A DNA stretch of 64,000 bases from Candidatus Moanibacter sp. (GTDB taxonomy: Bacteria; Verrucomicrobiota; Verrucomicrobiia; Opitutales; UBA2987), in assembly GCA_965215885.1 (NCBI GenBank), contig CBDCEW010000083.1:14875-78874 (forward strand), read 5' to 3'. The notes beneath the pieces were generated by a model, which searched no databases, had not been told where the DNA came from, and was given only the letters and a program-made list of their open reading frames with translations. The first letter of the stretch is position 1, and each line of letters opens with the position of its first letter. Positions 31,780 through 42,298 of this stretch are shown here, one piece after another. The position numbers and the translations under genes are program-made.

Positions 31780-33755
31780 GCATTCCCATCCCGCTTTTCA
31801 ATTGTTTGCAACCGTCGATACCGGCTCAAAGCCCACAACGGGAAGAATTTATCGTACCCGTGATATTTCAGATAGAACACCCTGGGGAAACCCGGAGCCG
31901 TAAATCCTTCGTCCTCCCAAAGGCCACCGGCCGACTGTCTTTCCAGGAGAAAGCGAATTCCCCTTTCTACAGCCGAGGAGTTTACCTCTCCGCCCGCCAA
32001 CAAACCGAGAACAGCCCAGGCAGTCTGAAAGGAATTACTCTGCTCGGCCCTTCCCCGTGCTTCCACCATGGTGTATGAGTCATTGCTTTCTCCCCACCCC
32101 CCATCTACGCGTTGCCTCTCTTTAAGCCAATCGATCGCCTTGCGAATTACGGGATCGTTCTTTCCGATTCCAGCCAGTTCAAATGCAATCAATACCGACC
32201 ACGTGCCGTAGATATAGTTCGTGCCCCAGCGCCCGAACCAGGAACCATCCTCTTCCTGCTCCTCTCTCAGAAATTTGAGACAGGAATGTAGCACCGGCCG
32301 ATAGGTTTCCCTTCCACCTTTCATGGCCGACAGAAACATCAGGCACCGCGCGCTCACGTCACTCGTAGGTGGATCAAGCAAAGCTCCGTGATCCGCAAAT
32401 GGAATCTCGTTGAGATAGTAATAGCAGTTGTCAGCATCAAACGCCGCAAAACCTCCGTTCTTCGATTGCATTCCGGCCAACCATTCCGCCGCCCTCTTCA
32501 CCGGCTCCTCAAAATGATCCTCCTCGCTTCTCACCATGGCCAAAGCGGCCACCGCCGTGTCATCGAGATCCGGATAATGCGAGTTCCGAAATTGGAAGGG
32601 CCATCCTCCCCCGCGAAGGTTCGGCCGGTATTCGCTCCAGTCACCCGGTTGATCGAGAAGCTGCAAACCGACAAGCCATTCCAGGGCACGGTTGACCGAG
32701 AGCATCATTTCCGGCTCTCGCCCTTCCAGAAGGGTGAGGCTCGCCAGCGCCGTATCCCACACCGGAGAAACACACGGCTGGCAGTAGGCTCTCTCCTCCT
32801 CGACCACAAGCAGTTTTCTAATCGCCAACCGTGCTGTCACACAGTAGGGGTGGTCCGCCGCATAGCCGAGGCAGCGGAGCGCTTCGTAGGCATTGACCAT
32901 GGCGGGAAATATTGCGCCCAACCCACTATCTCCATTCAGGCGTTCGACAAACCACTCTTCCGCCTTTTTTAAAGCGTGCCGCCGCAGAGAGCGTGGAATG
33001 ACAGGTTCAAGAGTGCGCCCTAATTTATCAAAGCCGAGAAAAAGATAATTGAGGCACGAGCGAACCGGAAAATAGTCCCTCTCTTCTTCAGGCGCCATAG
33101 TAAAAAGCTCACGGATGGATATGTTCCTGGGATTTTTTGCTCTTGGCTTAAGGGTGCAGAGAATAATGAGAGGCACCATAACCGTTCGGGACCAATACGA
33201 TATTTTGAGAAGGTGAAAGGGAAACCACCGGGGAAGAAGCACGATTTCCACTGGGATAAACGGCACCCCTCTCCATGGAATCTGTTCAAATAATGCGAGC
33301 GCGATTCGCGTGAAAACGTTGCACCGGGCGGCGCCCCCCATCGCCAGAACCCTCTCACGCGCAATCGCCATGTGCGGCGCCTCCGGAAAGTCACCGATGA
33401 GCTTCAGGGCGAAATAAGCCTTTACGGTGCAGCTCACATTCGCTTCCCCGCCCGTATATAGTGGCCAACCTCCATCTTCCATCTGACGTTCCCTGATATA
33501 AACCCCAATCTTTGCCTCCAAATCTTCATCGATCTCATCCAGATAGTGCATCATTAGCACATACTCTGCCGGGATGGTACAGTCGGCCTCCAATTCAAAA
33601 CACCAGTACCCATCCGGATGTTGCAGCTCCAGCAAAGCGCGCTGGGCCCTCTCTATCGCCTCACCGATGAGCCCCAGCTGAGGCTCATCTCCCGCTAGTC
33701 CCGGCAAGCCGGGATCGGACTTTATGCTTCTTTCGAAGGATTTATTCGGTTTCAT
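31776..33755 (-). CDS. shc: squalene-hopene cyclase
   Basis: YPDLDDTA catalytic motif, QW repeats, GRWGTNYIYGT and GFPRVFYLKYHGY. Confidence 0.97.
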   Translation of the reverse strand: MKPNKSFERSIKSDPGLPGLAGDEPQLGLIGEAIERAQRALLELQHPDGYWCFELEADCTIPAEYVLMMHYLDEIDEDLEAKIGVYIRERQMEDGGWPLYTGGEANVSCTVKAYFALKLIGDFPEAPHMAIARERVLAMGGAARCNVFTRIALALFEQIPWRGVPFIPVEIVLLPRWFPFHLLKISYWSRTVMVPLIILCTLKPRAKNPRNISIRELFTMAPEEERDYFPVRSCLNYLFLGFDKLGRTLEPVIPRSLRRHALKKAEEWFVERLNGDSGLGAIFPAMVNAYEALRCLGYAADHPYCVTARLAIRKLLVVEEERAYCQPCVSPVWDTALASLTLLEGREPEMMLSVNRALEWLVGLQLLDQPGDWSEYRPNLRGGGWPFQFRNSHYPDLDDTAVAALAMVRSEEDHFEEPVKRAAEWLAGMQSKNGGFAAFDADNCYYYLNEIPFADHGALLDPPTSDVSARCLMFLSAMKGGRETYRPVLHSCLKFLREEQEEDGSWFGRWGTNYIYGTWSVLIAFELAGIGKNDPVIRKAIDWLKERQRVDGGWGESNDSYTMVEARGRAEQSNSFQTAWAVLGLLAGGEVNSSAVERGIRFLLERQSAGGLWEDEGFTAPGFPRVFYLKYHGYDKFFPLWALSRYRRLQTIEKRDGNA

Positions 33756-33863
33756 TCCGATCCCGGCCTGCCGGGACTAGCAATAAGAAAATGAATCCGC
33801 CATCGCCAAGTTCGATTTCAGTTGTCTCTACGAGCCTGTCGGCAAAGTCCGACTGGCTCCTAG

Positions 33864-34964
33864 CTAGGAATCAGCATGCGGTAACCGCATCCCGGCAAGG
33901 TAGAAAAGTGACTTAAGCAAGGTGTCGCTTGTGACCGTAATTTGGGTAGCAAGAATCGTTGCCTTCACGCTCCTGCGTGAGATCTTTACCTCGTTGCCGT
34001 GCGCAAATGCTCGATTCGTATTAATGTTTCGCAAGGTCAGCACAGCCATACCGATATTCCAAAGGCAGAATTTCCTGATGCCGGTCTCTCTTTTTGGGAC
34101 AAGCAAAGTGTAGGTGAGCGCCTTGTTCAGATGCCCATGGGCGACTCCTATGAGACATTCCAACCCTCTTGAGAAACCTTCACTTCTATGCACGCTCGCC
34201 AGATCCCTCAATTCGATACCCTCCCTGGAAAACACATCCCGTGGTAACCAGCATGCGGATCGTTTCTTATCATCCCAAATGTCCTTTAGTATATTGGTCA
34301 TCTGTAAACCTTGTCCAAATGACACAGCCAGCTTCATCATTACATCACGATTTTTCGCTGTCTCCTCTGAGTAATGGCAGAACAATCTCGTCAGCAATTC
34401 CCCGACCACCCCTGCCACGAAATAGCAGTACCGATCCATTTCCGATAGATCCTGGAGCCCATCTTCGCACCCTTCGCTTTGAAAGTGGGCCATTCCGTTT
34501 GCCATTATGCGGATGCAGTTCTCTAGAATTTCTCGCACTTCTCTATCAAATTCACAGCTGATGCGGATCACCCGGGGAGTCACCTGGATCAGCTCTCGCT
34601 CCTCGGGAATAGTCTCTTCCGAAAGGAGCGGAAACAGGTCATCGGCAAACGCTTCAGCGCCATCGTTCCCGGCTACTACTCTGACAAATCGCTCACAATA
34701 ATCCTGCTTTTCTTTCGCTTTTAAGGCCGGTTCGTCTTCGATCGTATCGACGATGCGGCATAAGAGATAGGCGTTCGACACGACAAAGCGAAGCTCAGAG
34801 GGAAGCTGTGGAATCGTCAGGGCAAAGGTCCGCGATACACCCTCTAAGAGATGGGCCTGGAATTCCTCATCATTCAAATTGGCCAAGCCGGTCGGGGAAG
34901 CTGGGTCTTCAGAAAAGCAAATTCCTCTATCTGCTACCGGGCCAATCATATCAGGTAACTCCAA
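33864..34964 (-). CDS. sqs: squalene synthase (single-enzyme farnesyl-diphosphate farnesyltransferase type)
   Basis: SRTFALTI, CRIVDTIEDE, YCYFVAGVVGELL and GLQMTNILKD motifs. Confidence 0.88.
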   Translation of the reverse strand: MELPDMIGPVADRGICFSEDPASPTGLANLNDEEFQAHLLEGVSRTFALTIPQLPSELRFVVSNAYLLCRIVDTIEDEPALKAKEKQDYCERFVRVVAGNDGAEAFADDLFPLLSEETIPEERELIQVTPRVIRISCEFDREVREILENCIRIMANGMAHFQSEGCEDGLQDLSEMDRYCYFVAGVVGELLTRLFCHYSEETAKNRDVMMKLAVSFGQGLQMTNILKDIWDDKKRSACWLPRDVFSREGIELRDLASVHRSEGFSRGLECLIGVAHGHLNKALTYTLLVPKRETGIRKFCLWNIGMAVLTLRNINTNRAFAHGNEVKISRRSVKATILATQITVTSDTLLKSLFYLAGMRLPHADS

Positions 34965-35308
34965 GGCGACGAGTAATTAAAAACGAGACCATTCACGAAT
35001 ACTGATGTCAAGCCAGGAATCTGTCCGCCCGCATTCGATTTTCGACTACGCTTATGATTACGATTGCGGATTGATCGGATATCCACTCGAATGTCGTCGT
35101 AATCGTAGTCGATCGTCGATTTCAGTCCTCCGAATTTCGTCTACGATTATGACCTACGACAAAAGATCGAACACATTCCTCCTTCTCCCATCGTGACTCT
35201 CAATCGTGATCTGATGTCGAAGGGCTCTTCCTCATTTTGACATTGACCGCTGGAGTGAGACGACCAATCATCAGAGGCACCGTATAAGCAGAATTAAAAA
35301 GGAATGCT

Positions 35309-36268
35309 ATGGATGTTGTTTTAGCACAACCACGTGGATTTTGCGCCGGAGTCGTCCGTGCCATCGAGATTGTTGAATCCGCCTTGGACATTTACGGACC
35401 CCCGGTGTATGTCCATCATGAGATTGTCCACAATCAACGTGTTGTTGAGGATCTCCGGTCTCGAGGAGCCATTTTTACAGATGAACTGGAGGACGTTCCA
35501 CCGGGAGCGCCCCTGATTTTCAGCGCCCATGGTGTGGCCACAGCAAAGGTCGAAGAGGCAAAGAGTCGTGGCCTCAATACTATCGATGCGACCTGTCCCC
35601 TTGTTACGAAGGTCCACCTCCAGGTCGTTCGCCACGCCCGACAGGCACGCGAAGTCATTCTCATCGGTCACGAACGGCATGTTGAGGTAAACGGCACTAT
35701 CGGCCATTACGACAAGAGTTTTGGCGGCGATATCTATCTCGTCGAAACTGTCGATGATGTTGCCAAACTCAATGTCAAGAATCCGGAGGACCTCGCTTAC
35801 GTTACGCAGACCACACTCTCCGTCGACGACACCAAGGATATTATCGCGGCTCTCCGGGAGCGCTTTCCCGAAATCGTCGGTCCTCGCAAGGATGATATTT
35901 GCTACGCCACCCAGAATCGACAGTTGGCAGTTAAAGAAATGTCCGATGAGGTTGACACGCTTATCGTGGTCGGCGCACGCAATAGCTCAAATTCCAATCG
36001 CTTGCGCGAGGTCGGTGAACACAAGGGCTTGCGAGCCTATCTCGTACAGGACGCTGAAGATATGGAAGAATCGTGGTTCCAGGACGGTTCCCGCATAGGC
36101 GTCACGGCGGGCGCATCGGCCCCAGAGGTATTAGTCCAGGAGGTCCTTCAAAAACTTCAAGCATTGGGTCACACTGACATCAAACAGATGGAAGCCGAAC
36201 CTGAGGGAGTCACCTTTCCACTTCCCTCTTCCTTGAGAGGAAAACTCTCCGAAACCGCGAACGCCTGA
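35309..36268 (+). CDS. ispH: 4-hydroxy-3-methylbut-2-enyl diphosphate reductase
   Basis: [28 protein letters not shown] and SSNS motifs. Confidence 0.97.
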   Translation: MDVVLAQPRGFCAGVVRAIEIVESALDIYGPPVYVHHEIVHNQRVVEDLRSRGAIFTDELEDVPPGAPLIFSAHGVATAKVEEAKSRGLNTIDATCPLVTKVHLQVVRHARQAREVILIGHERHVEVNGTIGHYDKSFGGDIYLVETVDDVAKLNVKNPEDLAYVTQTTLSVDDTKDIIAALRERFPEIVGPRKDDICYATQNRQLAVKEMSDEVDTLIVVGARNSSNSNRLREVGEHKGLRAYLVQDAEDMEESWFQDGSRIGVTAGASAPEVLVQEVLQKLQALGHTDIKQMEAEPEGVTFPLPSSLRGKLSETANA

Positions 36269-36472
36269 GTCGTTTTTCCTGAAACCGTCGATAGATTTAA
36301 CTTGGTACTTTCCTGTCCCGGTATGCCAGGACAGCGCCGCTAGCTTTCTTTAGCATCATATACTTTACAGTTCACCTCCGCGGTGCGTGTTTAGGGGTAT
36401 CGGAAATCCCCCGGCCTCGCGCCGGGGATCATTAGGATTTCGTGCTAAATGGGGAGATATATATGCCGTTTC

Positions 36473-36526
36473 CCTGTGCCCCCTGACAGACGCTCGCGTC
36501 CGCGAGCGTCTGTCAGGGGGCACAGG
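36473..36526. repeat. perfect 26-bp-arm hairpin
   Basis: cctgtgccccctgacagacgctcgcg-tc-cgcgagcgtctgtcagggggcacagg. Confidence 0.9.
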
Positions 36527-36742
36527 AGTACGCACAGTGCTTGTAGCAACAGAAACCAGCGTCACCCCGGCGCGAGGCCCGGGGGAGCATCAAAACGCTA
36601 AACAGATACCCTCCTCCGGAGGTGCTATGGGTGGATATTCGGTCCTCACAAGATCAATCGACCAGACCCTGCTACATTCCGCAGAACCGTGTTTGGCAGC
36701 GGATTGCCCAAATTATAGGTAGAATTCAACTAATTCCCGACC

Positions 36743-37906
36743 ATGGAAACGATAAGCCTGCTCCTTGCGGGAAGCGCCTTCATAATTTGGCTGGTCGTTC
36801 TCTGCCTGCCTTGGCAAGCGTGGCGAACCAACGAGGTCTTCTCGGTCGAAGGCGATCACAAGGCACGGAATATCGAGGATGTAACCGTACTCATTCCCGC
36901 CCGCAACGAGGAAGCGGTTATTGCGCAGACTATTGATTCGGTTATCAGTCAAGGCGACGGAATTCATGTCATCCTGATTGATGATCAATCAGACGACCGA
37001 ACTGCCGGCCTCGCTGAATCTCGTGCCGGGAAGCACCTGACCATCATTGACGGAGCTAACCTGCCCGATGGATGGATCGGCAAACTCTGGGCGCTGCAGC
37101 AAGCCTATATGCAGGTAAATACACCGTTTACGCTTCTTCTTGATGCCGACATCGAACTCGGCGCCGACGTTATTGGCAAGCTGCGCGAGAAGATGAACCA
37201 CGAAAATCTTCATTTTGTCTCTCTCATGGCCGCTCCCCCCATGCAAAGCTTTTGGGAGCAACTTCTGATGCCCGCCTTTGTCTTCTTCTTTAAGCTCCTC
37301 TATCCATTCAGTTTGGTGAATTCCAAGACTTCGAGAGTTGCCGCGGCAGCGGGCGGCTGCGTTCTCGTGAAAACAGAAGTGCTCAAGGATATTGGCGGTT
37401 TCGCGTCCATCAGATCCGAACTCATCGACGATTGCGCCCTTGCTCGGCGCGCCAAATCTATGGGTTATACCATCTGGCTGGGACTCACAAGATCGGTGAG
37501 AAGTGCTCGACCCTATCCAAATCTCGGGGAAATCTGGAACATGGTAGCGCGCACCGCCTATACTCAGCTACATTATTCTCCTGCCCTGCTGTTGCTCTGC
37601 ACCGCCCTGATGACGGTCGCTTTTATCGTTCCGCTCATCATGCTCGCTAACTCCTCCGGGTTCGTTCAACTCCTCGGAGGTGCCGCATTCCTCGGAATGA
37701 TCGTGTCAAATCTACCGACCCTCAGGTTCTACAGGCGCTCTCCCCTATGGTCGCTTCTTATGCCCTTGACCGCTTCACTTTATCTCGCCATGACCTGGAC
37801 TTCGGCCTTACGTTTCTGGGGTGGCAATCGCTCCATCTGGAAGGGTAGAATCTACCAGAGAGTTGATAGTCAAAATGCAGACCGATCTATCCGGGAGATT
37901 TCGTGA
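36743..37906 (+). CDS. hpnB: hopene-associated GT2 glycosyltransferase
   Basis: IPARNE, DDQSDD, GWIGKLWAL, DAD, LIDDCALA and WNMVARTAYTQL motifs. Confidence 0.85.
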   Translation: METISLLLAGSAFIIWLVVLCLPWQAWRTNEVFSVEGDHKARNIEDVTVLIPARNEEAVIAQTIDSVISQGDGIHVILIDDQSDDRTAGLAESRAGKHLTIIDGANLPDGWIGKLWALQQAYMQVNTPFTLLLDADIELGADVIGKLREKMNHENLHFVSLMAAPPMQSFWEQLLMPAFVFFFKLLYPFSLVNSKTSRVAAAAGGCVLVKTEVLKDIGGFASIRSELIDDCALARRAKSMGYTIWLGLTRSVRSARPYPNLGEIWNMVARTAYTQLHYSPALLLLCTALMTVAFIVPLIMLANSSGFVQLLGGAAFLGMIVSNLPTLRFYRRSPLWSLLMPLTASLYLAMTWTSALRFWGGNRSIWKGRIYQRVDSQNADRSIREIS

Positions 37907-37937
37907 GATTTACCGATTGAACTAAGCGAATATTTTG

Positions 37938-38176
37938 TGTGTTTAGCGTGATGGCTTTTGGTCTTAAATTACTTGCAAGTCTATTCGAGCTTCGGGGTCA
38001 TGTCCTTGAGAAGTGGTTGTTTTTCCGCTTCGCTGAGGGGGTCAGGCCTTGCAAACCGCCCCTCGCACGCTCCGGGCAATTTGCTAAGGCGGCTGACCCC
38101 GAAAAATAACGGCTTCTAAGGCTTGACCCCTTGCTGGAAACGCCGAATTAATGCAATATCCATCGCGCTAAACACG
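37938..38176. mobile_element. 239-bp MITE-like element, copy 1, with 15-bp flanking direct repeat
   Basis: TIR gtgtttagcgtgatgg / ccatcgcgctaaacac; taagcgaatattttg on both sides. Confidence 0.85.
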
Positions 38177-38213
38177 TAAGCGAATATTTTGCTTCCTCTA
38201 GTCTCATATCCAT

Positions 38214-38903
38214 ATGCGTTTATCTAATACACTCATTCGTCGACCGATAACGGGAGCCGGTATCGCTCGCGCCGGTCTTACTCTTTTGCTCATCGCTAAC
38301 GTCCTTCCGGCATCCCAACCCGAGGCGAGACCCCTACCAGAGGCCAATCCCGAACCGAATCCCGAGGATGTAATCGACCACCTTCAGTCAGGCCTCATCG
38401 AGACGATGAAAGTGGGTCACGAAATCCTCTTCCCGGGACGCTACGAGCGGTTGGAACCAATAATTCTGGAGACTCATAAGATTCCTTATCTCGCTCGGCT
38501 AACGATCGGCCGACACTGGAGGGAGATTGGCGATGAGGAACGTGAGCAGTTTCTCGATACATTCAGCAAGTTCATCATCTCCGCTTACGCGTCACGTTTT
38601 AAGAAATTCAAAGGCGAACGCTTCGAGCCCGTAAACGAACGCGAACTTAGGAAAGGAAGAATCCTTCTCGTTACTGACCTCTACAAAGGCAATGGGGATA
38701 CCCTGCGGTTCAATTACGTCCTGAGTCGATTCGACGACAAGTGGCAGATTATCAACGTCATCGTAAAAGGTATTAGCGATGTAGCTCTTAAGCGCGCAGA
38801 ATTTACTTCGATTATTGAGAGAGATGGATTCCCGGCCCTTCTCAGCCATATCGAAGAAAAAGTCGAAGAAATACGCAAAACACACGAAGAAGAGGGAACT
38901 TGA
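38214..38903 (+). CDS. hpnM: MlaC/Ttg2D-family periplasmic protein, hopanoid-associated
   Basis: IGRHW, WQIINVIVKGISDVALKRAEF; lies in the hpn locus next to vacJ. Confidence 0.78.
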   Translation: MRLSNTLIRRPITGAGIARAGLTLLLIANVLPASQPEARPLPEANPEPNPEDVIDHLQSGLIETMKVGHEILFPGRYERLEPIILETHKIPYLARLTIGRHWREIGDEEREQFLDTFSKFIISAYASRFKKFKGERFEPVNERELRKGRILLVTDLYKGNGDTLRFNYVLSRFDDKWQIINVIVKGISDVALKRAEFTSIIERDGFPALLSHIEEKVEEIRKTHEEEGT

Positions 38904-39052
38904 TCCATCCCCAAATCCGGAAATTATTCAGATCTCCTGACAAACCCTTCCCTAGCGCAGCCGAGCCGCAACCAAGAAAGAAGAAGAGAACCGCAGATGT
39001 ACGCAAATACCTGCTAGAAAAACATGGTTCCGCGGGATTGTAATATAAAGGC

Positions 39053-39877
39053 ATGATGTCCGACAGGCTCTCAGTTCGCACTAAACCCGTTTATCGGAGG
39101 CGACGTAAGCTGGTCTACCTCCCCATTCTGGCCGCCTTGCTCCTTACCGGCTGCGCTACAACGGAACAGATGCGGACGGATCGCGATCCATGGCAAAATC
39201 TCAACCGCCCGATCCACAATCTAAACCATGATCTCGATACCGCGCTCTTACGCCCGGTTGCCAAAGCATACATCAAGAATGTCCCGAAACCTTTGCAGCA
39301 GGGAATAGCGAATTTCTTCCATAACCTCGGCGAACCCAATGCCGCGATTAACGACCTGCTTCAGGGTAAGTCTAAAAGCGCCGTCCGGGTCATTCTTCGT
39401 TTCATCATGAATTCCACCCTGGGTATCGGTGGAATTTTCGATCCCGCCTCAAAAAATGGCTTGAAGCGTCACAAGGAGGATTTTGGACAAACCCTGGCGG
39501 TGTGGGGCTTGGGAGAAGGACCCTACATGGTGCTTCCCATAATGGGGCCGACCACTCTCCGTGATATTCCTTCCCGGGTGGTCAGTTCCGCCACCAATCC
39601 CTTCACTTACGTCAAGAAGAATAAGATAAGAATTCCTATGGGAATTGTCGGCACAATCAATAAACGAGCCGAGATTGAAGGCTCCATAAAGGAAGTCGAT
39701 CAGTCGGCTATGGACCGTTACATTTTTGTGAGGGAAGCCTACCGTGATACGCGTCAGTTCAACATCTACGATGGTGACCCGCCTATCGAATTGTTCCTCG
39801 GAGACGACATGTTTCTCGACGATGAAGAATTCCTCGATGAGGACAATGATTCAGGGAACGAGGCCGCTCCGGAATAA
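39053..39877 (+). CDS. mlaA: VacJ/MlaA family lipoprotein
   Basis: Lipobox LTGC, DPWQNLNR, EDFGQTLAVWG and GPYMVLPIMGPTTLRD. Confidence 0.92.
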   Translation: MMSDRLSVRTKPVYRRRRKLVYLPILAALLLTGCATTEQMRTDRDPWQNLNRPIHNLNHDLDTALLRPVAKAYIKNVPKPLQQGIANFFHNLGEPNAAINDLLQGKSKSAVRVILRFIMNSTLGIGGIFDPASKNGLKRHKEDFGQTLAVWGLGEGPYMVLPIMGPTTLRDIPSRVVSSATNPFTYVKKNKIRIPMGIVGTINKRAEIEGSIKEVDQSAMDRYIFVREAYRDTRQFNIYDGDPPIELFLGDDMFLDDEEFLDEDNDSGNEAAPE

Positions 39878-40389
39878 ATAGAATAGCGAGCCAAGAGCCT
39901 ATCGGACCAACCGCAAATCAGGAAACAACTCCTTACAAGTCTAAATCTGTAATGTCATTGCGAGGAAGAATGACGAAGCAATCCAGAACAGATTTCTAGC
40001 CCCCTTTTCGTCAGCAGGTATGCGTGCCGGACTTTGCCGTCAGGCTCGAATGGCACTAACTTAAGGCAAGAATCGCTCGCAACGGTCTTCGTCCTGCTGC
40101 GCGAACTGCGCCCAGTCAAGAGCGAGCTTCCTACGACGAACGTCAGTCTTTGTAAGAAGGCCGCTTGCGGCCGAATCGGGAACTTCGGCGATCACCGTAA
40201 CGATTCCTTAAGTTAGTGGCGTTCCCATCAGGCTCCTGTACAAAATCGCTGAGCAATTTCCATTGTCAATATAAGTCCTGGTGATTAGCCTCAGGCTGCA
40301 GTTGGGCGGCTAAAACCCCATCAAAGTTAGTTGGAGAAGGCTTTCTTCCAATTCCATTGAGTCCCCGCTCTGCCGCTCGGCAGAGCGAC

Positions 40390-40569
40390 TAGCCCGGACA
40401 TTTCACACACTTCGTAGCGAGACTGCGTAGGTTGCTGCGTATCAAAGCCTTTTCGCAGGACGGCGGGCGAAAGTGTGTTGGAACCCCCTGAGGTCGACGT
40501 GCAAGGAAAGGCTTTGAGACGCAGTGAGATCCGCGGTCGTAGTAGAAGGTTTGCGATATGTTCGGGCTA
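40390..40569. mobile_element. ~180-bp MITE-like element, copy 2
   Basis: tagcccggacat ... atgttcgggcta; homologous to 26378-26555. Confidence 0.82.
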
Positions 40570-40663
40570 TGAATATGTCGGTGGACGATCCCCCCGAAAT
40601 GCACATTCACACCCAAATGACACAATACTTCTGCACATACCGAAACCCAAAACCGACAGATTC

Positions 40664-41056
40664 CTAAAGGTGGCCTAACTCTTCACTCTCCCGCTTTATC
40701 GTCTCTGCCTCTTCTCGACGCTCCGAATCCTTCTTATTCATCCACGTCTGCCACGATCTCCCATCCGCGGTATCCTTACCCGTGAAAGCGATCGTTCGAA
40801 TATCGCTGTAGAGTATTTTCAGCGGCTCATCGCTCCCTCTGATCAGCATCTCCACGCAGGGAGGAGCACCGGAACTGTTACGGTTGTATAGATAGCCTTC
40901 CACCGTTTTCCCATCGTCAAGGCCGATCGTCACATCTCCCCGGTAATCAAAGGACTCTTCTATCGCTTCGGCCCGCTCCGCTTCATTCCGGGGAACGAAC
41001 TCCATTCCTTGAAGATCCTTCGAACTTTTGGGAGTCGTCTTTACTTCAGAGGGCAT
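40664..41056 (-). CDS. hypothetical protein translationally coupled to hpnH
   Basis: TGATG overlap with hpnH; FDYRGDVTIGLDDGKTVEGYLYNR...FTGKDTADGRSW. Confidence 0.8.
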   Translation of the reverse strand: MPSEVKTTPKSSKDLQGMEFVPRNEAERAEAIEESFDYRGDVTIGLDDGKTVEGYLYNRNSSGAPPCVEMLIRGSDEPLKILYSDIRTIAFTGKDTADGRSWQTWMNKKDSERREEAETIKRESEELGHL

Positions 41057-42093
41057 CAGCTCCCCGACCCGTTGGACCCTCCGAACAGAGCCAGCTTAAC
41101 GGTGGTGAAAAATCCGCCCAGGGAACCGAAGGTTGCATCGACCGCGGAGGCCTCATAGCCACTGTGTACCATACAGTCGGCGCACTTGGGATTGCCGCTC
41201 CGATGTCCATAATTGGCCCATTTCGTCTCCTCCATCAGCTCCTCGAAGGTCCTCGCATAACCGTCCTGCAGAAGATAGCATGGTCTCTGCCAACCGAAGA
41301 TATTGTAGGTCGGGTTCCCCCACGGCGTGCAATCGAATTCGATCTTGCCTTGCAGGAACTCGAGAAAGAGCGGTGAGAGATTGAACCTCCAGGTTCGCTT
41401 CGGATTCTCCAGAATTGACCGAAACAGACTCTTCGTGCTCTCGCGGGCGAGAAAGCTATCCTGATCCGGAGCCTTCTCGTAACTGTATCCGGGCGAGAGC
41501 ATCATCCCTTCCACCCCAAATTCCATCATCTCATCAAAGAACGCCCGCACCCGTTCCGGATCAGCGCCTTGGAACAATGTCATGTTGGTTGTTACCCGGA
41601 AGCCCCGCTCAATCGCTTCCTTCATTGCCTTTGTCGCGATCTCAAACACGCCGTCGCGGCAAACCGCAAAGTCGTGTTCCTCCTCCAGTCCATCAAGGTG
41701 GACACTGAATGTCAGGTACTTCGACGGCTTGAAGCGATCCATCTTCTTTGACAGGACCAGGGCGTTCGTGCAGAGGTAGATATACTTCCTGCGTTCAACC
41801 AGACCCTCCACGATCTCACCGATTTCCGGGTGGAGGAGAGGCTCACCCCCCGGGAGGCTCACCATGGGAGCCCCGCACTCTTCCACCGCATCAAAACACT
41901 GCTCGGGAGACAGCCGCCGATTCAAAATATGCGCGGGGTACTGGATCTTCCCGCAACCGGCACACGCCAGGTTGCAACGGAAGAGTGGCTCCAGCATCAG
42001 CACCAGGGGATAGCGCCTACGCCCCCGCAGCTTCTGCGAAATTACATACGACGCCACTGTCCACGCCTGAGAAACTGGAATCATCGCCTGCAT
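41056..42093 (-). CDS. hpnH: adenosyl-hopene transferase, radical SAM
   Basis: [32 protein letters not shown] and [11 protein letters not shown] motifs. Confidence 0.96.
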   Translation of the reverse strand: MQAMIPVSQAWTVASYVISQKLRGRRRYPLVLMLEPLFRCNLACAGCGKIQYPAHILNRRLSPEQCFDAVEECGAPMVSLPGGEPLLHPEIGEIVEGLVERRKYIYLCTNALVLSKKMDRFKPSKYLTFSVHLDGLEEEHDFAVCRDGVFEIATKAMKEAIERGFRVTTNMTLFQGADPERVRAFFDEMMEFGVEGMMLSPGYSYEKAPDQDSFLARESTKSLFRSILENPKRTWRFNLSPLFLEFLQGKIEFDCTPWGNPTYNIFGWQRPCYLLQDGYARTFEELMEETKWANYGHRSGNPKCADCMVHSGYEASAVDATFGSLGGFFTTVKLALFGGSNGSGS

Positions 42094-42298
42094 TATCCGA
42101 TCAGTCGTCCCGCATTTACTTTAGCGGGCAAAATACACCGCAGTTAAGCGATGTCAACCGCTCTATCGCAACCCGTTCTTGGCACGCCATAGCCCCCAGG
42201 GCGACGGCGGCTCGCGCTATTTCGCCACCAATAGACAGGTACCCTCATTGGGAAAAAAGAATTGAACAGAAGAAAACAGAGAGAAAGAGGAAAGAATT

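Noticed and set aside
36473..36526. Rho-independent terminator
   Set aside because: No U-tract on either side; better treated as a REP-like hairpin.
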